From positions 288,001-352,000 of the forward strand of contig CAVVHE010000009.1 in NCBI GenBank assembly GCA_963748015.1: DNA of 64,000 bases, in the 5' to 3' direction. How positions within the stretch are numbered: position 1 is the first letter of the stretch; every line of letters starts with the position of its first letter. The translations under genes and the position numbers were made by a program. Under the pieces are notes generated by a model that saw nothing but the letters and a program-made list of their open reading frames with translations, had not been told where the DNA came from and ran no database searches. The stretch comes from Terriglobia bacterium. GTDB lineage: Bacteria > Acidobacteriota > Polarisedimenticolia > Polarisedimenticolales > JAIQFR01. Positions 30,597 to 39,642 of this stretch are shown here, one piece after another.

Positions 30597-32084
30597 TTGA
30601 GATACATCGGAACGGTTGTTCTCATTATCGCAGCGGTGGCTCTCGCGGGCGTTCTCGTGACGCCGGCGCGAGCCGAGATCTCGTTCGATGTGGCCTACTC
30701 CAATCTGAACCAGCATGGATCTTGGCTCGTGTCGGCGCAGTACGGACACGTCTGGCAGCCGAGGGAATACAACCCGAATTGGAATCCCTACTACGACGGT
30801 CACTGGGTCTACACAGAAATGGGTTGGGCCTGGGTCTCGGACTACCAGTGGGGGGCCATTCCCTATCACTACGGCACATGGGTCGCCGACCCGAACGCCG
30901 GGTGGGTGTGGATTCCGGGGAACATCTGGGCGCCGTCCTGGGTCGTCTTCCGAACCGGCTCCGGTTACATCGGTTGGGCGCCCGTTCCTCCCGGCTTCTC
31001 CGTGGGCATGTCGATCGAGTTCGGAGGGCCGTCGAGCTTCGTATACGTCTCTTCCCGCGACTTTCTCGCGCCGAGACTTCGCACGTCGATCATCCCGATG
31101 AATCGCACGAACGTTTTCATCAACAACACGACGGTGGTGAACAACATCGTCGTTCAGAACAACGTCGTGGTGAATCGCGGCCCCGATTACAGGACCGTGG
31201 AGAAAGCCACCGGTCACGCCATCCGTGAGCAGCGCATCGAGAGCGTCGCCAGAGTGGCGCCATTCCAGCACGTCAGCCGTGCTCAGCTCGAGTTCGCCCC
31301 CGAGCGAGCTAAGCACGGCCTGCGGGCCGCTGAACCGGTTCCCGCGAGCCGCCCCTTGCCGGTCGCCGACACGCAAGGGTCCCCGGCGCGAAACACCTCG
31401 CCGGCCAACGCCCGGAAGACGAGCGCCCAGGCGAGCGCGGATCAGCATGCAAAGACGCAAGCGAACGCCAAGGCGAACGCGGATCAGCACGCAAAGGCGC
31501 AGGCGGACGCCCAGGCGAGCGCTGATCAGCATGCAAAGACGCAAGCGAACGCCAAGGCGAACGCGGATCAGCACGCAAAGGCGCAGGCGGACGCCAAGGC
31601 GAGCGCTGATCAGCATGCAAAGACGCAAGCGAACGCCAAGGCGAACGCGGATCAGCACGCAAAGGCGCAGGCGGACGCCAAGGCCACCGCGGATCAGAAT
31701 GCCAAGAAGCAGGCAAACGCCCAGGCGAACGCGGATCAGCACGCAAAGGCGCAGGCGAACGCCAAGGCCACCGCGGATCAGAATGCCAAGAAGCAGGCAA
31801 ACGCCAAGGCGAACGCGGATCAGCACGCCAAGGCGCAGGCGAGCGCCAAGGCCACCGCTGACCAGAATGCCAAGAAGCAGGCAAACGCCAAGGCGACCGC
31901 GGACCAGAACGCCAAGGCGCAGGCGAACGCCAAGGCGAACGCGGATCAGAATGCCAAGGCGCAAGCGGACGCGAAGGCCAAGGTGGACGCGAAGACGAAG
32001 GGCAAGAAGGACAGCCCGGACAAGAAGGATCAGAGTCCCGACAAGCCCACGACCCAGGGACAGAAGGAAGGGACTCGCCAGTAG
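30597..32084 (+). CDS. DUF6600-type secreted protein with an Ala/Lys/Gln-rich repeat tail
   Basis: Signal peptide ending ARA; YSNLNQHGSW, WNPYYDGHWVYT, WGAIPYHYGTW, WAPSWV; TTG start with GGAGG RBS. Confidence 0.8.
   Translation: MRYIGTVVLIIAAVALAGVLVTPARAEISFDVAYSNLNQHGSWLVSAQYGHVWQPREYNPNWNPYYDGHWVYTEMGWAWVSDYQWGAIPYHYGTWVADPNAGWVWIPGNIWAPSWVVFRTGSGYIGWAPVPPGFSVGMSIEFGGPSSFVYVSSRDFLAPRLRTSIIPMNRTNVFINNTTVVNNIVVQNNVVVNRGPDYRTVEKATGHAIREQRIESVARVAPFQHVSRAQLEFAPERAKHGLRAAEPVPASRPLPVADTQGSPARNTSPANARKTSAQASADQHAKTQANAKANADQHAKAQADAQASADQHAKTQANAKANADQHAKAQADAKASADQHAKTQANAKANADQHAKAQADAKATADQNAKKQANAQANADQHAKAQANAKATADQNAKKQANAKANADQHAKAQASAKATADQNAKKQANAKATADQNAKAQANAKANADQNAKAQADAKAKVDAKTKGKKDSPDKKDQSPDKPTTQGQKEGTRQ
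31437..31982 (+). repeat. 13 x 42-bp coding tandem repeat (ADQ[H/N]AK[T/A/K]QA[N/D/S]A[K/Q]A[N/S/T/K])
   Basis: Units start every 42 nt from 31437 to 31941; alternating units give an 84-bp higher-order period. Confidence 0.92.
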
Positions 32085-32231
32085 ATGACCGTCGGTGCTC
32101 ATCATCGGGCTCGTCGCGACACCCGCGACGGGCCCGGTGTCGTGCCCCAAGCCCGCCCAACGGTAGCGGGGCACCCACGCAAATCCGACCTCGAATCAGC
32201 GAGGTCGCCGAATCAGCTGTGACGTGCCGAC

Positions 32232-34787
32232 ATGTCAACGCAGACCCCTCTCCAAGGACCTTTGGAAGATGCCTCCCACCGAGAGCGCTGGCGGGGCCGG
32301 AGCGACGCGGGCATCTCGGACCCTCGGTCCGCTCCCCGCGGCGCCTTGCTGGCCGGGCTCTTGCGGCTTGCGTGGTCGCACCGCGCCATGTGTCTCGTGA
32401 CCCCGCCTCTGGCGCTGCTCTTGTTCCTCGCCGCGGGCCTCGTCCACCACGTCTACTTCGACCGGATCGGCCTTCCCGACCTCGAGTCCTTCCTCCGTTT
32501 CGAGCCCCCCAGGATCGGCGAGATCTACGACGACCGGGGCAAGGTCCTGATTCAGATGGCGCGGGAGTACCGCCGGGTGGTCTCCTACGACGAGGTACCC
32601 GGCATCGTGCGCGAGGCCATCCTGGCCGCCGAAGACAAGAACTTCTTTTCCCACTCCGGCGTGGAATATCGCGCGCTGCCGCGGGTGGTTCAGAAAACAG
32701 TCGTGCATTCGCTGGGCGCGTGGTGGAAGGGCGATGGATTCCGGGCGCTCTTCCCCCAGGGAGGCTCGACGCTCACGCAACAGCTCGTCCGCGGCTACTT
32801 CCTCCAGGACCTGACGATCCGCGAGAACAGCGCGCTCCTCGTCTCCGCCGGACCGACCGCGCGACTCGTCTCGGCGGTCCTGGGCGTTCGAATCACGAAC
32901 AAGTTCCTCCGGAAGATGGAGGAGGTCCGCCTGTCGCTCTGGCTCGAGGAGGAAATGCGCCGGCGATTCGGATCGCTCGACCGGGCCAAGCGCGAGATCT
33001 TCGCCCGCTACGCCAGCTTCATCTATCTGGGCAACGGCCGCTACGGGTTCGCTGCCGCCTCGGAGTATTACTTCGGCAGGCCGCTGTCGAGCTACACCTC
33101 GGAGGACGCGGGGAATGCGGCCCTGCTGGCGGGGATCAGCAAGTCGCCCGGAGTCTACGCTCCGGTGCCCGGGGATGCGCGGCCCCTGCGCCGCCGCAAC
33201 GCGATCCTGGCCCTCATGGCGCGCAATGGAAGCATCTCCGATGGCCTCGCGAAGCGCTGCCAGGCCGAGCCGGTCCGCGTAACGGCACGCAGCGGGGTCG
33301 AGACCGACGCTCCTGCCGCAGTTGCGAACGTCCTCGAGGAGCTGAAGCAGCACGGAGGGAGCCGTTTCGGGGTCGAAGACCTGCTCCAGGGGCGGATCTC
33401 GGTTCGCTCCACGGTGGACGCCCGGGCGCAGACCATCGTGAACGAAGCGCTGGAAGACGGCCTAGCCCTGTACGAGAAGCGGCACCGCAAATCGAAGGGG
33501 CTGATCCAGGGATCGGTGGTGGTGCTGCGCAACGCGGACGCCGCGATCCTCGCAGAGGCGGGAGGGCGACAGGTCTTCAAGGAACGCTCCGCGCGATACT
33601 CCGACCTGAACCGCGTCACGGGCTCGTTGCGGCAGCCGGGCTCCGCGTGGAAGCCGATGGTGTACCTGGCCGCGTTCCGCCAGGGGCTCGACCTCGACAC
33701 GGCGGTGCCCGACGAGCCCATCGAGGTGCCCCTGGGCGACGACCGCGGGGTGAAGTGGATCGCCAACTACGACAACGAGTTCAGGGGGATGATCCCGGTT
33801 CGCCAGGCCCTGGCCGAGTCCCGCAACGCGGTGGCCGTGTGGATCGCCCGCGAGATCGGCGTGGACGAGGTGAACCGGACCGCCCGGCAGCTGGGAATCC
33901 GCACGCCGCTGCAGCGGTACATCAGCACGGCGCTGGGTGCGTCGGAGGTGCGGCTTCTGGAGCTGGCGGGGGCCTATCGCGCCATGGCGTCAGGGGTGCT
34001 GGCGGAGCCCCACGTCATCGCCCGGGTGACCGACGCCTCCGGTGGGATGGTGCTCTACGAAGCTTCCCGGACCGCGCAGGACATCGGCTCGGACGGGCCG
34101 AGCTCCGCCGAGTTGAGCCTGATCCAGGAGGGGCTGCGCGGGGTGGTCCGGCTGCCGGATGGCACGGCCCACGCGCTCGACAGCTTCAACTTCCCGATCC
34201 CGGTGATGGGCAAGACCGGAACGACGAGCGACTTCCGCGACGCGCTGTTCGTCGGATCCACCTACGGGCGGCAGGGGATCACGGTGGCGGTCCGCATCGG
34301 CTTCGACGACAACCGCGCGCTCGGCGAGAGGGAAACCGGTTCGCGCGCCGCGCTGCCGATCTTCCGCGAAATCATGCTCCGCCTCTACCAAGAACGGTTG
34401 GTGGGGCCCGTGCCGCAGTTCCCCTGCGAGATCGAGGGGCGGATCGACCAGTACCTGGCGATGCAAGCCGAACGGGAAGCGGGGCATGACGAGCGGCTGC
34501 CCATCCTCGAGGTCGGACTTACCTCTCTCCCGCGGCGTTTCCGGATTCCAGGATCGTCCTGCGTCGTTCGGCATGCACCTCTTCGGCGACGGCCGCCCTC
34601 GCGCCGGAGCGCTGAGCTGAACCGCTGCCAGGAAGCTCCCGACGATCGTCTCGGAAAGCACGCCGTCGCGGTCGCGACGTTTGCACCCTCGCCTCCGATC
34701 CCGCGGGTAGGGATACACCCCATGGGCGGATGGATGCCGGTGACGAATGATGAAGATTGCCTGCAACGGAAACGGTCGTCGAGGTGA
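32232..34787 (+). CDS. Class A penicillin-binding protein (transglycosylase/transpeptidase); true 3' end probably ~34550-34620
   Basis: EDKNFFSHSG, GGSTLTQQL, RKMEE; SAWK (SxxK), SRN, KTGT. Confidence 0.88.
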   Translation: MSTQTPLQGPLEDASHRERWRGRSDAGISDPRSAPRGALLAGLLRLAWSHRAMCLVTPPLALLLFLAAGLVHHVYFDRIGLPDLESFLRFEPPRIGEIYDDRGKVLIQMAREYRRVVSYDEVPGIVREAILAAEDKNFFSHSGVEYRALPRVVQKTVVHSLGAWWKGDGFRALFPQGGSTLTQQLVRGYFLQDLTIRENSALLVSAGPTARLVSAVLGVRITNKFLRKMEEVRLSLWLEEEMRRRFGSLDRAKREIFARYASFIYLGNGRYGFAAASEYYFGRPLSSYTSEDAGNAALLAGISKSPGVYAPVPGDARPLRRRNAILALMARNGSISDGLAKRCQAEPVRVTARSGVETDAPAAVANVLEELKQHGGSRFGVEDLLQGRISVRSTVDARAQTIVNEALEDGLALYEKRHRKSKGLIQGSVVVLRNADAAILAEAGGRQVFKERSARYSDLNRVTGSLRQPGSAWKPMVYLAAFRQGLDLDTAVPDEPIEVPLGDDRGVKWIANYDNEFRGMIPVRQALAESRNAVAVWIAREIGVDEVNRTARQLGIRTPLQRYISTALGASEVRLLELAGAYRAMASGVLAEPHVIARVTDASGGMVLYEASRTAQDIGSDGPSSAELSLIQEGLRGVVRLPDGTAHALDSFNFPIPVMGKTGTTSDFRDALFVGSTYGRQGITVAVRIGFDDNRALGERETGSRAALPIFREIMLRLYQERLVGPVPQFPCEIEGRIDQYLAMQAEREAGHDERLPILEVGLTSLPRRFRIPGSSCVVRHAPLRRRPPSRRSAELNRCQEAPDDRLGKHAVAVATFAPSPPIPRVGIHPMGGWMPVTNDEDCLQRKRSSR
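34706..34725 (+). promoter_or_regulatory. Island operator box 11
   Basis: ggtagggatacaccccatgg; AATGAT 22 nt after CCAT. Confidence 0.8.
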
Positions 34788-35062
34788 CCCATGAGTTCTG
34801 GATCCGCACCCAAGTCGATCGGGTGGTCCCATGGATCCGCCGCGATCTCGCCAAGTCCCGAGACCCACGAGGCACGAGCGAGCTTCCGGCCGGCCGAGAG
34901 ACCCGGCCGCAGAGCGGTTCAAGCCGGACTCGATAGGCTGGATCTCTGCGAGAGCCACGATCAAATCCGCAGGAGTGTTCCGCGTCGGCGTGAACGCCTG
35001 CTTCTCGAACGACGTTACGAGTGACTCCGCGTCGAATGCGTGGAGCAAAGGAGCAAACGAAA

Positions 35063-35782
35063 ATGCGAAGACAGAACGGTTGGCGCGCGTCGCCCATGGT
35101 CGTCCTTTTGCTGCTCACCGGTCTTCTAGCCGCGTGCGGCGGTTCCAACGACGTGATCAACCCGCCTGGCGGCGGTTCCGGGCAACCCGTGAGCCTCGGC
35201 AAGGCCGGCACTTTCAGCGTTCTCGCCGGTCAATCGGTCTCGAACAGCGGTGCGACGATGATCACCGGGGATCTTGGAATCTGGCCGGGCAACACGCTGA
35301 CGGGAGCTCCGTCCGTATCCGGGGCGACCCAGCTCGGCGACGCGACCGCTCAGGGTGCCCAGGGCGACTTGACCGCCGCGTACGACAACGCGGCCGGACG
35401 AGCCGCAGGAAGCACGATCGCGGGCGACCTGGGCGGCCTCATCCTTGCCCCGGGCGTGTACAAGTCCACTTCGACGCTCGAGATCACGTCGGCGGACGTC
35501 ACGCTCGATGCCGGGGGCAACTCGAACGCGGTATGGGTCTTCCAGATCGCTTCCTCGCTCACGGTGGGCGTCGGTCGCCAAGTCATCCTGAGCGGCGGCG
35601 CACAAGCCTCCCGTATCACCTGGCAAGTCGGCAGCTCCGCGACGCTCGACACGAATTCCCATGTCGCGGGGAACATCCTCGCTTTGACGACGGTCTCGAT
35701 GGGTACCGGCGCATCGCTGGACGGACGGGCGATGGCCCGGAACGGGTCGGTGACGCTCCTGTCCAATACGATCACCCCGTGA
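35063..35782 (+). CDS. DUF3494 ice-binding-family lipoprotein
   Basis: Lipobox LAAC; FSVLAGQSVSNSG, ITGDLGIWPG, AQGDLTAAY, LAPGVY, VWVFQI, WQVGSSATL, GNILA, GRAMA. Confidence 0.9.
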   Translation: MRRQNGWRASPMVVLLLLTGLLAACGGSNDVINPPGGGSGQPVSLGKAGTFSVLAGQSVSNSGATMITGDLGIWPGNTLTGAPSVSGATQLGDATAQGAQGDLTAAYDNAAGRAAGSTIAGDLGGLILAPGVYKSTSTLEITSADVTLDAGGNSNAVWVFQIASSLTVGVGRQVILSGGAQASRITWQVGSSATLDTNSHVAGNILALTTVSMGTGASLDGRAMARNGSVTLLSNTITP

Positions 35783-35953
35783 CGCAAGAGGCGCTCTCGG
35801 GCAGGCGGCAGGGACAGCGGAGCAGAGCCGCCGCCGAGCGGAGGGCTGGCGAGGCAGGCGCCCCGGCGGCGGCGCGGACGATTTTCCCCGCGGCTAGGTC
35901 GGCCATCCCCGGGGTCCGAGCCCGGTGCGATGAACGGGTCGCGGTCGGCTCCA

Positions 35954-35973
35954 GGTAGGGTTATGCCCCATCG
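35954..35973 (+). promoter_or_regulatory. Island operator box 12
   Basis: ggtagggttatgccccatcg; TACCAT 22 nt after CCAT. Confidence 0.75.
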
Positions 35974-36138
35974 CTATCGCTCCACCCGCGGAATACCATG
36001 ATTTCCGAGTCAGAAGGCAGCTGGCTTCGGATCCCGCGCGGTCCTTGTTTCCATCGCTACCGTAATCCTTGTGCGGGCGCGGTGCGGGATCCCAGGTAAC
36101 AAATCACCAGCAAGGTAAGAAAGGAATGGCACCCAGCC

Positions 36139-36858
36139 ATGCGAACCCGATTCATCACGATTCCGCTCGGACTCCTCCTCCTGGCCCTCCCCGCGGCGGC
36201 CACCACCGGTCTTACGAAGCACGATAAGGCGACGCTGCAGGACGCCACGGTGGTCCTCGACGCCCTCACGACCGCCCCCGACAAGGGCATTCCGCAGGAG
36301 CTCCTCGCGAAGGCCGACTGCATCCTGATTTTCCCCGGCCTGACCAAGGGCGCTTTCATCGTGGGGGGCGAAGGTGGTCGCGGCGTCGCCTCGTGCCGGC
36401 AGCCCAACGGGAAGATGGGCTCCGCCGCGTTCTACACCGTCGGGGGAGCGAGCATCGGCTTCCAGGTCGGCGGCCAGTCGGCCGACGTCGTGATGCTCAT
36501 CATGAACGAGAGTGGAATCAACCACCTCCTCGAGGACAAGTTCACGATCGGCGGCGAGGCCACCGCGACCGCCGGCCCGGTGGGACGCACGGCCCAAGCG
36601 GCGACGGACGCGCAGCTGCACGCGCAGATCCTCTCCTGGTCCCGGTCGCAGGGCCTCTTCATCGGCGCGGCCCTCGAAGGTACGGTGGTGAAGCCGAACA
36701 AGGACGCCAACGCGCGCCTCTACGGCGAGGAGACTTCCGGGAAGGCGATCCTGGTGAACTCGAAGCTCGACGTCCCCGCCTCGGCCCAACCCTTCGTGGC
36801 TTCGATCCGCAGTCACATGGCGGCGGCCGTCGCGCAGGAGCAGGCAGAGAAAAGGTGA
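36139..36858 (+). CDS. SYLF/Ysc84 lipid-binding domain secreted protein
   Basis: IPQELLAKADC, KGAFIVGGEGGRG, GASIGFQVG, TAGPVGR, SRSQGLFIGAALEG, NARLYG. Confidence 0.88.
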   Translation: MRTRFITIPLGLLLLALPAAATTGLTKHDKATLQDATVVLDALTTAPDKGIPQELLAKADCILIFPGLTKGAFIVGGEGGRGVASCRQPNGKMGSAAFYTVGGASIGFQVGGQSADVVMLIMNESGINHLLEDKFTIGGEATATAGPVGRTAQAATDAQLHAQILSWSRSQGLFIGAALEGTVVKPNKDANARLYGEETSGKAILVNSKLDVPASAQPFVASIRSHMAAAVAQEQAEKR

Positions 36859-37032
36859 GCGGTGTCCCGTAGGGTCCCTGTGTCCATCGCTCGCGTTCTC
36901 ACCGTCACTTGCTGAGCTCTAGACTGTCGGCTCGCTTCCGGAACGGCCGGGAGCGAGCCGCGTTTCTTTCCGCCGACGCTTCTCGGTCTGATCTCGCCGG
37001 TTGATGGTCGCATCGACGCGACGGTCGCCGCG

Positions 37033-37137
37033 CTGACGCCTACTTGCGCCTACGCCCTCGGACAGACCAAGCGCCGCTACGGCGTCGTCGTCAGGGTGTG
37101 CATCGGCGTCGGGCAGGGGATCGCGCTGGTCCTGGAG
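37033..37137 (+). repeat. Right copy of the direct repeat: degenerate thiolase 3'-end duplicate
   Basis: Encodes [35 protein letters not shown] versus thiolase [34 protein letters not shown]. Confidence 0.85.
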
Positions 37138-37335
37138 GCCGTCCAGATCCTAGGTTTTGCCGGGGGACCGGCGCGAGGCCATTCCGGGGCTCCCGCCTTT
37201 CGCCTCCGCCTCGGGCGTTCTGGAGCCAAGGCAACAAATACAGCGATCAAATTTGACCATAAGCCAAGACGCCGGTACCTTCCCGTCGTCGCACGCCGGG
37301 GCAGATACCTGGCGGAGCAGAAGCCAGGAGGGCCC

Positions 37336-37884
37336 ATGAAGCGGTTCATGACGCTGCTCGCGGGGTGCCTGATCGCCTGCTCGTTCTCGACGGGGGCGGC
37401 GGCGGGCGAGGGGGAATGGAAGTTCGGCACCGAGTTCGACCTGGTGCCCTATCTGAACGACGGCTACTACCTCTCGGTCATCGTGGGGAAGGGGCGCCTG
37501 CGGGGACGAATCGTCCGGACCGAGTTGACGACGCCGAGCTTCGTCACGGACGACGACTTCGAGGACAACGATCTGGTCGTGAATGCCGCCATCGTCGACG
37601 TCTACTTCAAGGACGGCTTCTCGGGTTGGTGGGTGGGTCCCGGCCTCGAGCGCTGGGAAGGGGACGTCACCGAGAAAGCCTCCGGCGTCCGCCAGAGCTA
37701 CGGTACGAACATCCTCACCCTGGGCGGGGGCTACACGTGGAGGTTCGCCAAGCACTTCTACCTCAACCCCTGGGCGGCGGTGCACATTCCCATCGGCGGG
37801 GACAGGGACGTGGCCTTCCCGTCCGCAGTCTTCGAGATCGACGCGACGCCGGAGGCGTCCATCAAGCTCGGAATCGAGTTCTAG
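37336..37884 (+). CDS. Small outer-membrane beta-barrel-like protein
   Basis: AGGAGG RBS, signal peptide, amphipathic strands, C-terminal IKLGIEF. Confidence 0.7.
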   Translation: MKRFMTLLAGCLIACSFSTGAAAGEGEWKFGTEFDLVPYLNDGYYLSVIVGKGRLRGRIVRTELTTPSFVTDDDFEDNDLVVNAAIVDVYFKDGFSGWWVGPGLERWEGDVTEKASGVRQSYGTNILTLGGGYTWRFAKHFYLNPWAAVHIPIGGDRDVAFPSAVFEIDATPEASIKLGIEF

Positions 37885-38013
37885 CTCGAGGCTCTTGAGC
37901 CGCAGGCGCCTGGCCTCGCGGTGGCCCGGCGGCGAGCAGCTCGACTTCCTTCCCCCTTCCTCCAAGGACTCCACTGCGGTACGCTCCGGCATCACTCGAG
38001 CGCGGGAGGGTCC

Positions 38014-39642
38014 ATGCGTCATCCGGGCCGAATCGTCGCCGCAGGCGTCGGGTTCCTTGCGGCGACCGCGGTCCTTGCGAAGGAAGGGCGAGCCCTCGCC
38101 CTCCGGCACGTCGGGCTCGATCTCCCGGCCGCTCCCGCCGCGATCGTCTCCGCGGATCTCGACGGCGACGGCCGCAAGGACCTTCTCGTCGTCGTCGCCT
38201 ACACGGACTGGGGATCGTTCGGCGAGGACCGCATCGAGGGCCTGACGCAGGTGGCGGTCGTCGTGCCCGCGCTCTTCGCGCGGCGCGAGGCGCGGGCGTA
38301 TCTGGCGGCGGACGACGGGAGCTACAAGCCGGCGGGGGCGCCGTTCGAGCTGCCGGTTTCGGTGCTCGCGGTCGCGGCGGGACCGCCCGGGATCCCGGTG
38401 GTCGCGCTGAGCGACGAGGGGATCGAGAGATTCCGGTTCGTTCGCGACGACCGGGGAGACAGGCTCGCCCTGGAGTCGCTCGTCGCGGATCCTCCGGTCA
38501 CCGCCGGCTCCGCGGTTCTTCTCGGAGGTCTCGACTTCGTCCGCGACCTGGACGGCGACGGGACGGCGGACGTGATGTTCCCCGCGCGCGACGGGATCGC
38601 GGTCTACCGCGGCGACGGGACCGCAATCGAGGCGCGGGCCGCCTCGCGGATCGCGATGCCGGGCGACGTGCGCGCGTGCGGCGATCGGGGGTTCCGCTCG
38701 TACCCGCTCCCCGAGACCGCGGACCTCGACGGCGACGGCATCCCCGACCTGCTCGTCCGCACGCGAGAGACGCCTCCGCGCCTCTTCGTCCTGAAGGGGC
38801 GGGGGCACGGGGCGTTCGGGGCGCCGGAACAAGTTCGTCTCGGCTGTCTCGACCTCGGCCGCGCGGAGGGGAAGGAGGGCCGGGACCGCGACGACGTGCG
38901 CGAGCTGGCGTTCTTCGGCGGCCTCGAGGGGCAGGGGCGGCTCGCGGCGGTCACGACCGCGCAGCTCGACTCGGGAAGCGGGGAGCTCAAACAAGGAAAG
39001 GAGCCGCACTTCAAGTATCGCTTTCACCGCGTCGGCGCGGACCTGCGCATCGAGCCGGCTCCCTACCAGGAGGTCGAGGTCGTCGGCTATCCGGTCGGCG
39101 ATCTCTTCGGCGACGAGGAAACAGGAGGATTCCGAGATCTCGACGGGGACGGCCGGAAGGACCTCGTCACGGTGACGCTCGATTTCTCGGTGTTCCAGCT
39201 CGTCCGGGTCGTCGCGACCAAGAAGATCTCCATCGGCTTCGCGTTCCACGTGTGGGCGCAGGGAGCGGATGGAAGGTTCCGCGAGGTCACGGGTCAGGCA
39301 CTCGACGACCGGTTCACGTTCGACCTCAACGATCTCCGGTTCGATCGCCTCTCCGAGATCGCGGGGGACCTGGACGGAGACGGGAAGCTCGACTTCGTGC
39401 GCCTGGGCGGCGGGAAGACGGTCGAGATCCGCCGCGGCGGACCGGGCTGCCGATTCTCGTCGAAGGTCGATCTGAAGATCGATCTGGAGGACGAGCTGGC
39501 GGACGTGTCCCAGGTTAGGATTCGCGACCTGGACGGCGACGGCCGCGCCGATCTCTCCCTCGTGAGGCCGCTCCCCTCGCCCGAGGCGGGAGTCTCGCTC
39601 CCGGTCCGGCTCGATCTGTACCTCAGCGGAGGCGCACGATGA
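38014..39642 (+). CDS. FG-GAP/VCBS-repeat secreted protein
   Basis: Six DLDGDG(xxD) calcium-binding repeats; signal peptide. Confidence 0.8.
   Translation: MRHPGRIVAAGVGFLAATAVLAKEGRALALRHVGLDLPAAPAAIVSADLDGDGRKDLLVVVAYTDWGSFGEDRIEGLTQVAVVVPALFARREARAYLAADDGSYKPAGAPFELPVSVLAVAAGPPGIPVVALSDEGIERFRFVRDDRGDRLALESLVADPPVTAGSAVLLGGLDFVRDLDGDGTADVMFPARDGIAVYRGDGTAIEARAASRIAMPGDVRACGDRGFRSYPLPETADLDGDGIPDLLVRTRETPPRLFVLKGRGHGAFGAPEQVRLGCLDLGRAEGKEGRDRDDVRELAFFGGLEGQGRLAAVTTAQLDSGSGELKQGKEPHFKYRFHRVGADLRIEPAPYQEVEVVGYPVGDLFGDEETGGFRDLDGDGRKDLVTVTLDFSVFQLVRVVATKKISIGFAFHVWAQGADGRFREVTGQALDDRFTFDLNDLRFDRLSEIAGDLDGDGKLDFVRLGGGKTVEIRRGGPGCRFSSKVDLKIDLEDELADVSQVRIRDLDGDGRADLSLVRPLPSPEAGVSLPVRLDLYLSGGAR

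Noticed and set aside
31437..31982. 42-bp tandem array as a CRISPR array or ncRNA array
   Set aside because: There are no unique spacers; the repeats are in frame within a signal-peptide-bearing CDS
32162..32181. Possible extra box upstream of the PBP gene (ggtagcggggcacccacgca)
   Set aside because: Many mismatches and no -10-like hexamer at +22, so it was not counted
34520..34787. Genuine C-terminal extension of the PBP
   Set aside because: Low-complexity, non-PBP-like sequence that runs through box 11; more likely a lost stop or frameshift
9669..35973. Dispersed 20-bp box as CRISPR repeats, attC sites or REP elements
   Set aside because: Copies are kilobases apart, lie 5' of genes with orientation matching the downstream gene, and have a fixed -10 spacing; there is no cas gene or integron integrase and no spacer periodicity
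36869..36889. Box-like gtagggtccctgtgtccatcg near the island's right end
   Set aside because: The spacing is 2 nt too long, the right arm is degenerate and no gene follows; at most a decayed site
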